A stretch of 64,000 nucleotides of DNA, from positions 328,556 to 392,555 of the forward strand of contig QPMI01000483.1 of the NCBI GenBank assembly GCA_004431415.1. Reading direction: 5' to 3'. Made by a program: the position numbers and the translations under genes. Positions 25,396-38,015 of the stretch are shown here, piece after piece. This DNA comes from Cyanophora paradoxa CCMP329. Lineage: Eukaryota > Plantae > Glaucophyta. The notes beneath the pieces were generated by a model, which was not told the DNA's origin, did not search any database, and worked only from the letters and a program-made list of their open reading frames with translations. The first letter of the stretch is position 1. Each line of letters starts with the position of its first letter.

Positions 25396-26923
25396 CCAGC
25401 GACGCACAGGGAGCAGATATAAGGGCCAGACCAGCTCGAGGTCGTTGTGCGCATCATGCCCGACATTCCGTACTGCAAGAGCGAGGCCGGGCGCGAGCGT
25501 GGTCGCATGGGAGGACGCCGCGCGCGCTAGCCAATCACATTGGAGAGTCCGTTAACTTACCCTGCAAAAACCTCTTCGAGTACCCCCGGCCGCTTTCTCC
25601 CCCGGGCGCCGCAGCTCGGCTCGGCTCAACAATGGTTACGCCTCTCGCGCGCGCGGCAGTTTGCTGTGGCTCACGCACGCTTCCCCCCTCCCTCCCTCCC
25701 GCGCGCCCATGGCCAGCTGTAGCGCTTCCTCTTCAGCTCGGCGCGCGCGCGCGCGCGCCGGCCGGCGCCGTGGCTTCAACTGTCACGCCTCTCGTGCGCC
25801 AACGAGGCGATCGAGGCGCTTCACCCGCGCCAACCGCGCACGCCCCGACGCTATTGCACAAGCCGGCCGCACTTGCAATTGGCCGCGGCCGGCTATGCCA
25901 CTTGCAATTGCAACAAGCCGACGCCCGCGCGGCGCGCGCGCCTCGCGACGCAGAGCCGTCACGGCGTAAGGACCCTCCGGCCGCTTTCTGAGCGGAGCGT
26001 GAGCAGTGACGCACCCGCAGCACATGCGCACTCGTGCACCCGCCACGCCTCACGTGCACGCGCGCGACGGCCGCGGGGCATGCGCAGCCTGGCAGCTGCA
26101 GGAGCTCGAGCACGTCCAGACAAGGTTCCCTCCCCCGCCCCTGGCCCGGGGCCCGCGCCCTATAGCTACATAGCTCTGGCCCGGGCCCGGGGCCTACGTA
26201 TACCTCTAGAGGACAGCTCGCCTCGATCGCGAGGACTGGACAGCTCGCCTGGCATGGCCAGCCTCGGAGCCGGCCCGGCGGCTCGCCCGAGCTCGAGGTT
26301 AAATGCCCTTCCCCGGACCCAACTGACGCGCGCGGCAAGTCAGTGGCCCTTTATAGCTAGGCCCGGCGGCCGCAGCTGCAGCTGCGCATCATGGCATGCC
26401 GAATTCGAAGGTTGCAAGCTACGATATCTAAAGCTCAATCGTTGGACATCGCTAGCAGACTGGCCATATCGATTAGAGGCGAAATTCATGATTCGATGAT
26501 CATGATCATGAACAGTAACTTTGAATTCAGTGACAGCTGCAAAGAATCAATCATTGTGACAGTTGCGAAGCTCGCAATATCGACACTAGTACTGTGTATG
26601 CACTAACGGTGCTAGCACTAGCACTAACCTAGGGCTCGAGCTACTGGGAAAGAAAGGGCGCGGCGGGGAGGGTTGAGGGAGAAAGAAAAAACAGGGTTGC
26701 GGGTGTGGATCATGGGGGCGGGGTGCGGCCGTTCGGGAGCGACTGCGTCGCGTGCAGCTGCCGGAGGAGGCTCTGCGCCGGCGGGCGGGCGTCAGCCGAG
26801 GCGAGAAGGGCGGTCCGGGGGGTGGGGGGGGGTGGGGGGGGGGGTGGGGTGGGGGGAGGGGGGGGGGGGGGTGGGAGGGGGGAGCGCAGGGGGGAGCGCG
26901 GGGGAGGGGCGCGCCTTGATGTC

Positions 26924-28934
26924 CTAGTTGTGGGTGGACTCGAGGGAGCCGCGGCGGTCGAGCACGCGGGCGACGGCGGTGCCGAGCATGCGCTGCCTCT
27001 GCCGCCCCAGCATGTGGCACGCCTTGTCCAGCGCCACCCACGGCCACGCCTCGTCCCACATCGGGTGCTCCGGCACCCCGGGCACGTCTGCGCCGCCGCC
27101 GCCGGGCGGGGCGTCAGGGCGGCGCCTTGTGGGCGACGGGCGAGCGGGCGGGGCCGCACCGTGGCAGACCCAGGGGACAAGCCCCGCGTCCCGCTGCTCG
27201 GCCACCTCGTCCAGCAGCTGCGCCCGACGTCACGCGGAGAGACGGGGCGGGGGGAGGGGCGCGGGGCGCGCCTGCGCGAGCCAGGGCCCCCGGCCGGCCT
27301 CCTCGTCCTCGCCCCAGATGTGGAGGCGCCAGGGCCGGCCCCGCGCCGGCCGCGTCCGCAGGCACGCGTGCACCTGCCGGGCGGCCCTCAGCGGGCGGGC
27401 GGGGCGGGCGGGGCCGGGGCGGGCGGGGGGTGCCTGGAGGACGCTGGCGCGGACGCGGAGGTCGGCATTGGGGAGGATGCCGCGGATGCGCTCCTGCAGC
27501 TCCCCCGCCTTGTCCTCCATCAGCCCGTCGCTCTCCGGCAGCAGCAGCAGGTTCGCTGCCGGTCCCCGCCCCGCCCCGCTCAGAGCCCGCCCCGCGCGGC
27601 CGAGCGGCGCGCCGGCGGCGAACCGACGACGTTGAGGCCGGCAATGAGCGTGCGGGGGTCCCCCGCCGAGGGCCGCAGCAGGTTCAGCACCTGCCGGCCG
27701 GCCGGTGAGGCGCGGCGGGGGCCGGCCCGGCGCCAGCGCCCCGCGCACCATGCGGAAGGGGTCGGAGGTCAGCTTCAGGAACTCCGCCGCGTTCGCCTCG
27801 TACTGCGCCCCGTTCGTGATCGCCTGCGCCGCGCCCCGCGTGAGCCGCGCCGGCAGGGCCGCGGCGCGCCCGGCCGGGCCCCGCACCCCCAGGATTGCCG
27901 TGAGGACCGAGACGTCGATCTCATAGACCTGCGGCCGCGCGGGTCGGTCGGCGCGGCGGCCGAGGGCGCGGGAGAGGGCACCTGCAGCAGGGTCGCCAGC
28001 CGCTGCATCCCGTGGCACTCGTGCAGCGCTTTCCGGTTCGTCTCGAACGCTGCCCGTCGTGTCAGTCAGGCGGAGCTCGCGCGGCGCGCGGAAGTCGCGC
28101 GCACCGCACGCGTTCGTTATCGCAGCTAGGATCTGCGGGCCAGCCGCGGTGAGTCAGCCGCGAAGCGCACGGGCCCGGGGCGACGGGGGGACCTCGCGCA
28201 CGGAGATCATATCTTTGGGATCCGGGAACTGCTGTGGCCTGAGCATGTCTACGAGTTGCCGCATCCCGTTCTCGCACGTCGCGAAGATACGCCTGTTGCC
28301 ATCGAAGACGAGAGCCCGCGACAGCGCAGACGCCGCCAGCTTCGCGACCTCTGTGCTCTTCGAGCACGTGAGCGTCACCAGAAGCTTCGTGACCTGGGGC
28401 CATGACCAGATGACCTGCGGCGACGGTTTCCAGGCGTGGCAGCGGTGGTCGACCGGTCGTTTTGGCTCTGACCTGAGCGTTCCACGCTCGCTTCAACGCC
28501 GCATTTAAGCTATTGAGCGCAGATAGTTGGGATCTTTCCTCCCCGCTCTGCAGAAAGCTGAGAATCGCCTGCGAACGGAGGCGGACACGTCAGGCGCTGG
28601 CGCGGCCGACGCAAGCGCCCCGCCGGTCTGACGCCACGAAACACGGCAAAGCGCGCATCCGAATGACCGGAAATGGCGCTAGGCACCTGTATGTCTGGCG
28701 TGCTGAGGTCGCTCAGATTCGATGGCGACTGGTGCTCGAACCGTACGGCGAGGTCCTGCACTGAGATGCTTTCAGCAGTTCTTGTGAACGTCCCGTAGTT
28801 CCTGCGCGGAAGAGCCGCGTCGGAAGGCTGTAGGGCGCCGGAAAGCGGCGCGCCCCTTTGCGTCGCGCGTACCTCCAACTCGGAGCTGCGGGGCGCTGCT
28901 TCGCGCCGACGACTCTGATCATGCTGGAAGGCAT
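26924..28934 (-). CDS. ARM/HEAT-repeat protein of unknown function
   Basis: Spliced helical repeats: KLLVTLTCSKSTEVAKLAASALSRAL, GMRQLVDML, NRKALHECHGMQRLATLL, VLTAILGAITNGAQYEANAAEF. Confidence 0.65.
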
Positions 28935-29199
28935 CGTCGTGCGCTCATCCGCTGCAACGCCGCCGCATTCCAGCAGAGCACGTCTCACTGCGGTACCCCC
29001 CGTCGGTTCTTTTCGCAACTTTCTAGCCTCCGCAGTGCGCCTGCGGATAACAGTTAGCATAAAGATCAAGCGCAGCACTTTACCTTCAGGTCCTTTCCTC
29101 GCTGACAGCTGAATCGTTGCACGTCCATAGCGAGCCCGCAGCAGGCCGAAGTTTGGAGATGACGTACGGAGCCGCCAGCCGATAGGCCAGCGCCTCGTG

Positions 29200-32100
29200 A
29201 TGCCAGTGCCAGCAGGCGCCGCTGCGCCTGTGGCTGCTAAGGCTGCCGGAGCAGGAGCTCTGATCAGCTCGCCCTCAAAGATCAAGAAGAAGGCGGACGC
29301 TGCGCTTGAGCGTGAGGCAGCGACTGCCCGGTCGCACGGGCCCAGGCGGCGCTCGATAGCGCCAGACGCCGCGCCAAGCGAGGAGGAGATCCTCGAGCAT
29401 GCCCGCTTCCTTGGTGCGGCCCGCCCGTCGCCCCACCCCGCCCCGCCCCGCCCCGCCCCGTCCGAGCGCCAGCAGGGATCGACCCCGCGGAGGAGGCGGA
29501 GCTGCTGTGGATCGCACGGGACGCCCTGACGGCGCCCGTGCCGGATGGCTGGATCGAGCTGGAGGACAAGGACGGGTTCGTGTACTACTACCACGCGGAG
29601 TCGGACGAGAGCACGCGGGCGCACCCGCTGCTCGCGCACTTCGCCGGCCTCGCTCAGAAGGTCCGTCCCCGCGCCGCCCCGGCCGCGCCCCCGAGCCCCG
29701 GCGCAGGCGCTGGAGGGCCTGCCGGACGCGAAGCGGCAGCGCGCCTTCGCGCGGCGGTGCGCCCCGCCGCCCCGCCCCGGCCCGCCCCTGCGGCGGCGCC
29801 TGAGGGGGCGCAGGCTGCTGGAGAGCAGCCCGGCGGAGGCGCTGGCGGCGCTGCGGGAGCAGGCGGGGCAGGAGATCTCCCCCGCCGACGTCGAGGCCGT
29901 CGCCAAGTTCTTCGCCGTGCGCACCCCGGCGGGCCCGCCCCCCATCCCGCCCTTCTCGCCCCCGACCCCGCACCCCAGATCGACCCCCGCGGGGAGCCGC
30001 ACCTGATGTGGCTGGCGCGGCGGGCGGCGGTGGAGCCTCTGCCCCCCGGCTGGTGCGCCCGCGGCCCGAGGGGGCGGGGCTGGGGCGGGGCCGCGGGGCT
30101 CACCGGGGGGCAGGGAGGAGCAGCAGGACGGGGAGGGCCCGCTGTACCGGGAGAGGCGCACGGGGCGGACGACGCGGCAGCACCCCTCCCTGCACCGCCT
30201 CGCCGCCAAGGTCGAGCGCTACCGGCCCCTGCGGCGCGCCCCGCCGGCCACCTCCCCGGCCCTCGACTCGGACCGGGAGGAGTACGGTCAGCCGGCCCCG
30301 CCGCGCCCCCCGCCGGCCCCGCCGCGCCGGCCTCCGACGCGGCACGCAGCGCGGGCGATGGAGATCGCGCCCTGGGTGCCCTTTCTCGAGCGCGGGGAGG
30401 GCCTGGCCGCCGCCCCGCGCCCCTTCTGGCACAACTTCGCCAGCGGGGCGCGCACCCGCGAGGCGCCGGACCCCGCCGCCCGCCGCCTCGCCGCCTCGCG
30501 CATCGCCGCGGCGGCGCGGGGGCGTGCGGCGCGGCGGCGGGCGGCGGCGCTGCGGGAGGAGCGGGAGCACGGCGAGGCCCGCCGCGCCGCCACCCGCATC
30601 GGCCCGCCCCGCCCTGCTTCGCTCTGCCCCGCCGAGCAGCTCCAGCCTGACGCCCGCGCAGAGGCGGCGTGGAGGGGGTACGCGGCGCGGGTCGTGCTGC
30701 AGCACCGGCGGCTGGTGACGTCGGCGGCGCGGGAGGAGCTCGCGGCGGCGGCCGTGCAGGCGGCGTGGCGCGGCCTCCGCGCGCGGCGGGCGTTCCGCGT
30801 GGAGCGGCGGCGGGGGCCGGCGGCGCTGGCGATCCAGTGCGCGTGGCGGCGGCGGCGGGCGCGGCGGCGGCGGCGGGCGCTGGCGAGCGAGCCGCCGAAG
30901 AGCACGCGACGGTCGCGGCGGGGCGAGGAGGGGCCCACCGAGGCCGACGTCGAGGAGTACGCCGGCTTCCTCGGTCCGCCCCGCCCCCGCCCCGGCCCGG
31001 CCCGGCCCGCCCCGTCCTGCCCGCGCGGCGCCGACGGGCGGCGGCAGGGATCGACCCGAAGGGCGAGGCGGAGCTGCTGTGGATCGCGCGGGAGGCGCTC
31101 ACGGCGCCCGTGCCCGAGGGCTGGGCGGAGCTCGAGGACCGCGACGGGTGCGCCCCCGCAGGCCGCGCGCCCCGAGTGCGGGGCCGACGAGGAGGCCGGG
31201 GGGCCGGGGGCAGGTTCGTGTACTACTACCACGCGGAGACGGACGAGAGCACTCGGACGCACCCGCTCCACGAGCACTACCGCGAGACCGCCCGCCGCGT
31301 CCGCCCCGCCCCGCTCGCCCGCCCCGCGGCGGGCGGGCCGACGGGCGGGCGGCAGGCGCTGGAGGCGCTGCCGGACGCGCGGCGGCAGCGTGCCTTCGCG
31401 CGGCGGCTGCTGGAGAGCTCGCCGCGGAGCATGGCGCGCGCCCTCCGCGAGGAGGCGGCCGGCGAGCACGTCTCCCCCGCCGACGTCGGTGCCCGCCCCG
31501 CCCCGCCGCCCGCCCCGTCGCCGCCCGAGAGAGCTCACCCGCCCCGCCAGCGCTCGTCTGCGACTACTTCGGGGTGCCCGCCTCGCCTCCTCCCCGGCGG
31601 GGGGCCGGCGGCTGACGTGGCGGCAGATCGACGTGCACAGAGACGTGCACCTGGTGTGGCTGGCGCGGCGGGCGGCGGTGGAGCCGCTGCCGCCGGGCTG
31701 GGAGGAGGTGCAGGACGAGCGGGGCGCCCACTACCTCGAGCGCCGCACGGGCAAGGCCACCCGCCAGCACCCCGCCCTCCGCCGCTACACCGAGAAGGCC
31801 CGCCCGGCCGCCTCCCTCAGCTCGCCGCGCCGCCGCCGCCCCCCGCTCGCCGGCTCACGCGCCGCCTCAGGTGGCGCGGTACCGGCCGCTCGCGCGGATG
31901 CCCGGGGCAGAGGCGGGCGCCCGGGACCCCCTCGACTCCGACCGCCACCACTACGGTCCCCGCCCCTCCCCGCCCCCGGCCCCGCTCTGCCGCGCCGGCT
32001 GACGGGGCGCGGGGCCGGCAGTGCGGGCAATGGAGATCGCCCCGTGGGTGCCCTTCGCGGAGGGCCGGAGCCCGCTGGGCGGCCCCGCGCGCACCTACCA

Positions 32101-34925
32101 CCTCAACTTCGTGACGGGCGCCCGCACGTACGCCCCCGTCGAGCCGGCCGCCCGCCGCGCCGCCGCCTCCGTCATCGGCGCCGCGTACCGCCGCCTCCGC
32201 GTGGCGCGCGCCTCGGCGGCGCTGCTCGAGGCGCGCCGCGCGGAGCGGCGGGCGGCGGCCGCCGGCGTGCTGGCGGCCGCGTGGCGCGCCTTCGCGGCCC
32301 GCGCGGCGCTGCGCATGGCGCGCCTGCTCGCCGCCGCCGCCCGCGAGGAGCGCGCCGTCGCCGCCGTGCAGGCGGCGTGGCGGGCGCGGGCGGCGCGCGG
32401 GAGAGGGCGGCGCTGCGGCGGCGGGCCGGGGCGGCGCTGGCGATCCAGTGCGCGTGGCGGGGGGCGGCGGGCGGGAGGCGCGGGGGCGGCGCGTGGAGGA
32501 GCTGGCGATGGCGGCGCTGCGGCGGGCGGACGCGGAGGAGCCGTGGGGCCCGCGGGTGCCGCGGCGCCCCGAGGGGGAGGAGGAGTGGCCGTGCGGGGAG
32601 GACGTGGAGACGTACGCGCGCTACATGGGCATCGACCCGGCGGGGGAGGCGAGCCTGCTGTGGATCCCCCGGGACGCCCTGCTGGCGATCATGGTCCCTG
32701 AGGGCTGGAGCGAGCACGAGGACCGCGACGGCTGCGGCTTCTTCTACCACCGCACCGCCGACGTGGCCCGCCGCACCCACCCCCTCCACGACTTCTACCT
32801 CTCCCAGGCAGGCCCCTCCCGCCCCGCCCCGCCGCGCCCGGCCGCGCGCCGCGCCTGACGGGCGGCGCAGGCGGCGCGGTGGCGGGCCTCGGCGGTGGTG
32901 GTGCAGGCGGCGTGGCGGGCGGCGGCGGCGCGGCGGGCGCTGCCGCGGTTGCTGCTGGAGCGGCCCCTCTGGCTCGCCGCCCGCTCCATCCAGGCCTGCT
33001 GGCGCCGCCGCGCGCCCCGCGCCGCCCTCCGCGCCGCCCGCCGCCGCCTCGCCGCCGCCGCCCTCCTCCAGGCCGCCGTCCGCGCCCGCGCCGCCCGCCG
33101 CCTCGCCGTGCGCCGCCCCCGGCCCCGCCCCTTCACGTCCGTCCCCCCTGCAGCCGACGCCGAGCGCGCCCTCCGCAGCGCGTGCGGCGGGGCGCGGCGC
33201 TGCGGCTGCAGGCGGCGGCGCGGCGCGCGCTGGCGCGGGGCGGCGGGCGGCGCTGGGGCGAGAGGCGGCGCTGGGCGGGGCGGCGGGGCGGGTGCAGGCG
33301 GCGTGGCGGCGACGTGCGGCGCGGCTGCAGCTCGCCTCGCCCGCGACGAGCTCCTCTGCCGCGTCCGCGTCCCCGCCCCGCCCGCCCCGCCCCGTCCCGC
33401 CCCCGACCCCGCCCCGCAGCGGGAGGAGGCCTGCGCGGCGCTGCTGCAGGCCGCCGCCCGCGCCCTCTTCGCCCGCCGCGTGCGCCCCGCCCCGCCCGCC
33501 CGCCTCCCGCGCGGCGGGGCGGGCGCGACGGGCGCGCAGCGGCGGCCGAGCTGCTGGCGGCCGCCCGCCTCCGCTCCGCCCTCCTGCTCCAGGCCCGCCC
33601 CCTCGCCCCCGCCTCCTCCTCCCGCGCCCCTGACTCTGGGCCGGCAGCGGCGTGGCGCGGCGCGCGCGCGCGGCGGCCATTCGTGGGGGAGCGCGGCGCC
33701 CGCGCCGCCGCCCGCGCCGAGCGGGTGCGCTGGCCCCTCGCTCCTCCCCCGCCCTCGCCCGCGCCAGCGGCGGCGCTGAGGGCGCGCAGGCGGCGGAGGT
33801 GGTGCAGGCGTGCGCGCGGCGGGCCCTCGCGCGCCGCCGCCGCGCGGGCGAGCTGCTGGCCCGGCGGCGGGCGGCGGAGCGGGCGGCGGCGCTGCGCATC
33901 CAGGCGGCGGCGCGCTCCGCGCTGGCGCGCTTCAAGGTGCGCCGCCGCGCGGGGCGGGGCGGGGCGGGCGGGCGGGGCGTGAGGGGTGCGGGGGCGGCAG
34001 CTGTGGCGCGGGGTGGAGGCGCAGGTCCTCTCCGAAGTCGCCCTCCTCCTCCAGGCCCGCCCCCCGCCCCGGCCCCGCCCGCCCCGCCCCGGCCCTCACG
34101 CCCCCGCCGCAGCGCTTCGCCCGCTCCGCCCTCGCCCGCCTCCGCCTCCGCCGCCACCGCGCCGCCCGCGCCATCCAGGTTCCGCCCCCGCCCGCCCGTA
34201 GCCGTCGCCTCGCCGCCCCCGGCCCGAGCGGCGCTGGCGCAGGCGCTGGCGCGGCGCGCGGCGGCGCGGGCGGAGCGGCGCGCCCTCGCGGCGGCACCCC
34301 GCTCCCGCCGGCCCTCGCTGCTGCCCCGGCCCTCCTCCGCCCCGCCCCGCCCACGCCTGGGACACCCCCTCCCTCCGCTCGTCCCCCGGGAGCACGCCTC
34401 GTCCCTGTACCCCTGTCGAGGGGTACGCCTCGCTGGGCCGCTCGTGGTCCGAGGCGGCCTCGCTCCCGGGGCGGCCCCCGCGCGCCGCCTGCCGCAGGTC
34501 CGGCCCCGCACCTCCCCCGGCCCCAAGCCGCCGGCCCCGCCTCGGGCGACGCCTGGTCGACGCCCCTCCGCTCCGCCGCCCCCGGGCGCCCAAGGTTGCG
34601 GGGAGTCCCGCCTGGGGGTGCGCCCCAAGTCCTCCGCCCCGGCCCGGCCCGCCCCGGCGCCGCTCGTGCACGCGCAGGCGGCGGGCCGTGGTCGGGGGCG
34701 GCGGTGGCGACGGCGGTCTCGCGGCTCTTCGGCGACTTCCCCGCGGCGGGGTCGGCGGCGCGCGCCCTGCGCGAGCCCCGCCGCCGCCTCGCAGCCTCCC
34801 TGCGCCACGAGGCCGCCCCGCAGCTCGCCCCCGGCCCCACCTGGCTCCACGACTACGGCTACCTCAGCCCCGCCGCCCGGCCCCGCAGCGCCGGGCCTGT
34901 CCCTCTCGTCCGCCCACTCGCCTAA
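29200..34925 (+). CDS. Protein with five CEP164-N-terminal-type WW modules and numerous IQ motifs
   Basis: PSEEEILEHARFLGIDPAEEAELLWIARDALTAPVPDGWIELEDKDGFVYYYHAESDESTRAHPL plus four homologues. IQ-like motifs AVQAAWRG, AIQCAWRR, SIQACWRR, RIQAAAR. Confidence 0.8.
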
Positions 34926-35010
34926 GAGTGGCACTAGCTGTACAGCTAGAAAAAACACGTGCGGCGCGTACACGTCACACAGCTGGCCATGGGAACGCCC
35001 GCGCGGCCGC

Positions 35011-35155
35011 TGTTGCCACTCCACTACGTACCCTTTTGCACCACGTAGCAGAATCGAGTTGGACGGGCCTATTACATGATTGCCGGGGCCCCGTGCCCAA
35101 ATCCGCTTTGGGCACGTCGGGGCTAGGGCGCGTCGTGCCCAAAGGCCTGGGCACG
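35011..35155 (+). repeat. Left terminal inverted repeat
   Basis: tgttgccactccactacgtacc...gggcacg; reverse complement of 40636-40780. Confidence 0.95.
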
Positions 35156-35310
35156 GCGGGTAGAGCAGCGTCGTGCCCAAGTCGTGCCCCGCGATGGCGG
35201 GAGAGCAGCCTGGCAGCGCGGCAGGCGGGGGCGTGCAGGCTCCAACTATGTGGTCGTTCTGTGTGTACTTGCATAGCGAAGTTGGCAATCCAGCGGAGTG
35301 CTTGCCGACG

Positions 35311-37535
35311 ATGGGCAACATGGTCCCAGCACCAAAGTAGTGCAGCCCGACCTGGCGCACTACGGCCTGGTGCGCTAGCTAACGTGAACGATATCCCGCG
35401 CCTGATGTCTCCTGCAGGGCCTCCCACCGGCCGGCCCTGCAGCTCCCGCAGCGCTAGCAGCGGTAGCGCCTCGCGCCCCCACGGCCGCATCCAGCGCGGG
35501 CAGCGCCGCCGGGAGCGGTGATGAGGATGACGGGCTGGAGCAGTATGAGCGCTTCCTCAGTCTGGACACGGATGGCATCTTCGGCGGGATCAGCGCTGAC
35601 CAAGCGAAAGACCAGGTACATGATCCGGGCACGATCCGGGCACGTACGGGGCACGTCTGAGCACGGGCCGTGCACGCAGATCTTTGGAAAGGGCGCGCGA
35701 GCGAACATCAAGAACCTGAACCGATTCCTTGCCGCCCCGTTTCGTCTGCACTACGGGGAAGCTGACGGCCTGAGCAAGGTGAGAGGACAGAACACGCTGG
35801 TCATTGCAGACATGGAAGACGCGTGAGTGGCTGCGTTCTTTTGGAAGCAGCACAAGAGCAGCGCAAACCTTGCCTCGCAGGTTGGCCGTCCTCCTGGACA
35901 GGACGGTGGAGACCTCAAGCATCCCAGCGAAGATCAAAGAGAAGTGCACGGAACGGATGAAACAGCGGCTCCAGACCCTCAACCCGTACGAGAAGACCCG
36001 AGCACTGCTGGAGGTCAACAGGATCTACAGGACATGGACGATGATCATGTCAGTCGACAACATCCCGTTCCTTCCGAAGTGCGCCCTTGCCGCTCTCTTT
36101 CTCTTTCTCTTTCTCCCTCTTTCTCCCGCCATGGACGCTAAGCCTCGCCGCAGGCCTGACGTGGAGCCGCCATGGGAAACGAACCTGGCGACAGTGAAGG
36201 AGAAGGCGGCCAGGTCGGGCATAACACACCAGAGCCGGGTTCACGCTGCGAAGCGAAGAGACGACGAGAACTCCGATGGAGGAGGCGGCGCTGCAACCGA
36301 GCATCCGAAGAAGGCGACCAAGAAGGCGCCAGCGGAGAAGAAGGCCGCTACGGAGAAGACGAACCGGGCGCGGAAGCACGAGGAGGCGGAGGACGAGAAC
36401 GCGGCGGAGGCCGCCGTGACCGGAGCACGTTTGGGCACGGCGCGGGCACATTTGGGCACGACGCGGGCACGTCCACAGTCGTCGGGCACGGCTGGGGCAC
36501 GTAATGGGGCACCACGTGCTGAGAAATCGGTGAGCTTTCATGAGGACGTGCTCGAGACGCCCCACGCCCGCTGTCACATTCCAGACACTCATGCAAACCC
36601 GGCGCAGGCTACGGGTGGGCAGAACGCAGAGGACTCAGTGAAGAAGAAGAAGAAGAAGAAGAAGAGGACGCCGGCGCCGAAGGACACTGAGGAAGAGCTG
36701 GAGACAGAGATTGAACCGCAACTGTCGAAGAAGCCCAGGGCAGCGAGCGTGAAGGAGCACACGTCGGCGTCGTCGTCGTCGAAGGTGGCTGCCCGCGCCG
36801 TCCAACGTGTGCATCTCTCCCCCACCTGACGTTCACTGAAGGCAGCATCTGGCCCGGAGAAGAAGGCGGCGAAGGGAAAGGACCCGGAGCACTCAGGCAA
36901 GGCTCAGGAGCAATCTTCGCACAGGGGGCCCAAGCATGCGCCCTCGCGCGACGACGAAGCCAGCACTCAGGCTCCCCCGTGCGTTCCCGTGCTTGGGCAC
37001 GGTCTGGGTACTATTTGGGCATGTCGCGTCCTTGGTCGTGCTGCACTCTCGTGCCCAAACGTGCCCCAATCGTGCCCCAACGTGCCCCATGGTTCTCCCG
37101 ACGAAATCTGATTCCGGAGCGTCGCTGTTGCAGGCGAGAGAAGGGGAGGCACTACGACTTCAACACGATGGACCCTACAGGGTGCTTTCTTCGGTCCGCC
37201 GTGCCTTCTTTCTGCCCGACTGACATGTCAGACGCAGAAAAACGTGGCGGGATCGGTTCCCCCCTGTAGAGATCGTCCCAGCCTTGCGGGCAAGCCGGAG
37301 CCCAGAGGGCGACATTCTGTACATGATCGACGTGTACACCGGCCGGTACGGGGGCCCCGTCGACCTGGTCGACGATTCCCGCGGCACCACGCAGTCTCTC
37401 TTCATCTGCATTGATAGTGTTGCTCTATTAGGGTTTTTGCAGCGTATCTTCCTTAGAATTGGGTCGTGCACTGGTCGTGCCCGGCTCGTGCCCAAACATG
37501 CCCAAATGTGCCCCGTCATGCCCAAACCGACTTGA
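35311..37535 (+). CDS. Transposon cargo/accessory gene of unknown function; spliced, Lys-rich; boundaries approximate and may be two genes
   Basis: Exons GLEQYERFLSLDTDGIFGGISADQAKDQ | IFGKGARANIKNLNRFLAAPF | TWKTREWLRSF...YEKTRALLEVNRIYRTW, then a basic/acidic tract with KKKKKKKKR. GT-AG intron at 35616-35679. Confidence 0.6.
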
Positions 37536-38015
37536 TCCTGAATTTAGCAGTGATTGACGTCGCGGAGCACGATTGCGCATTGAACTGCACATTTGCCATG
37601 TGAACTTAACAGTATTGATATTTTACAACGTTTTGATGAAGAAAGGCGATGCGAAGAACTTCAGCATGACATGTTCCGCGTCGCTCAGAAGTCTGACCAT
37701 CGGACTCGCATCATGATGTGAAGCCAAGGGTCATGAACTCATGATGAGGCCTCGAAGACCTGAAGCAGTTCCGACCCGTCCGAGAGGCCGCACAAGTTGA
37801 ATTTGAGAATGCTGAAGCCTTGTTTAACTCGTATTCATGAAGCTTCATGGTTCGCTCCCTCTTTACCGGTTTCTGCTACTTGCTCGTGCCCACGTCATGC
37901 CCAATCGTGCCCAAGTACGTGCCCAGACGAAGTTCGGACATGCTCAAGGAGGGCACGACTCGGAAACTCTTTCACAACGAAAGGCTATTCCAAAATCGAT
38001 CGTAAACTGGCTGCA

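Noticed and set aside
25400-26600. Protein-coding gene in the intergenic stretch
   Set aside because: No recognisable domain or consistent exon structure.
28700-35360. Very long Arg/Pro/Ala/Gly ORFs (e.g. 30358-33633, 32172-35360, 45195-47195, 61891-63873)
   Set aside because: These are stop-poor frames in extremely GC-rich DNA; the real genes are spliced and switch frames.
35311-37535. Fanzor/TnpB as the transposon cargo
   Set aside because: No RuvC D-E-D motifs or zinc ribbon are recognisable.
36421-37960. CRISPR-like array from the GGGCACG clusters
   Set aside because: The motif is only 7-9 bp, irregularly spaced and in both orientations, with no repeat-spacer periodicity and no cas genes.
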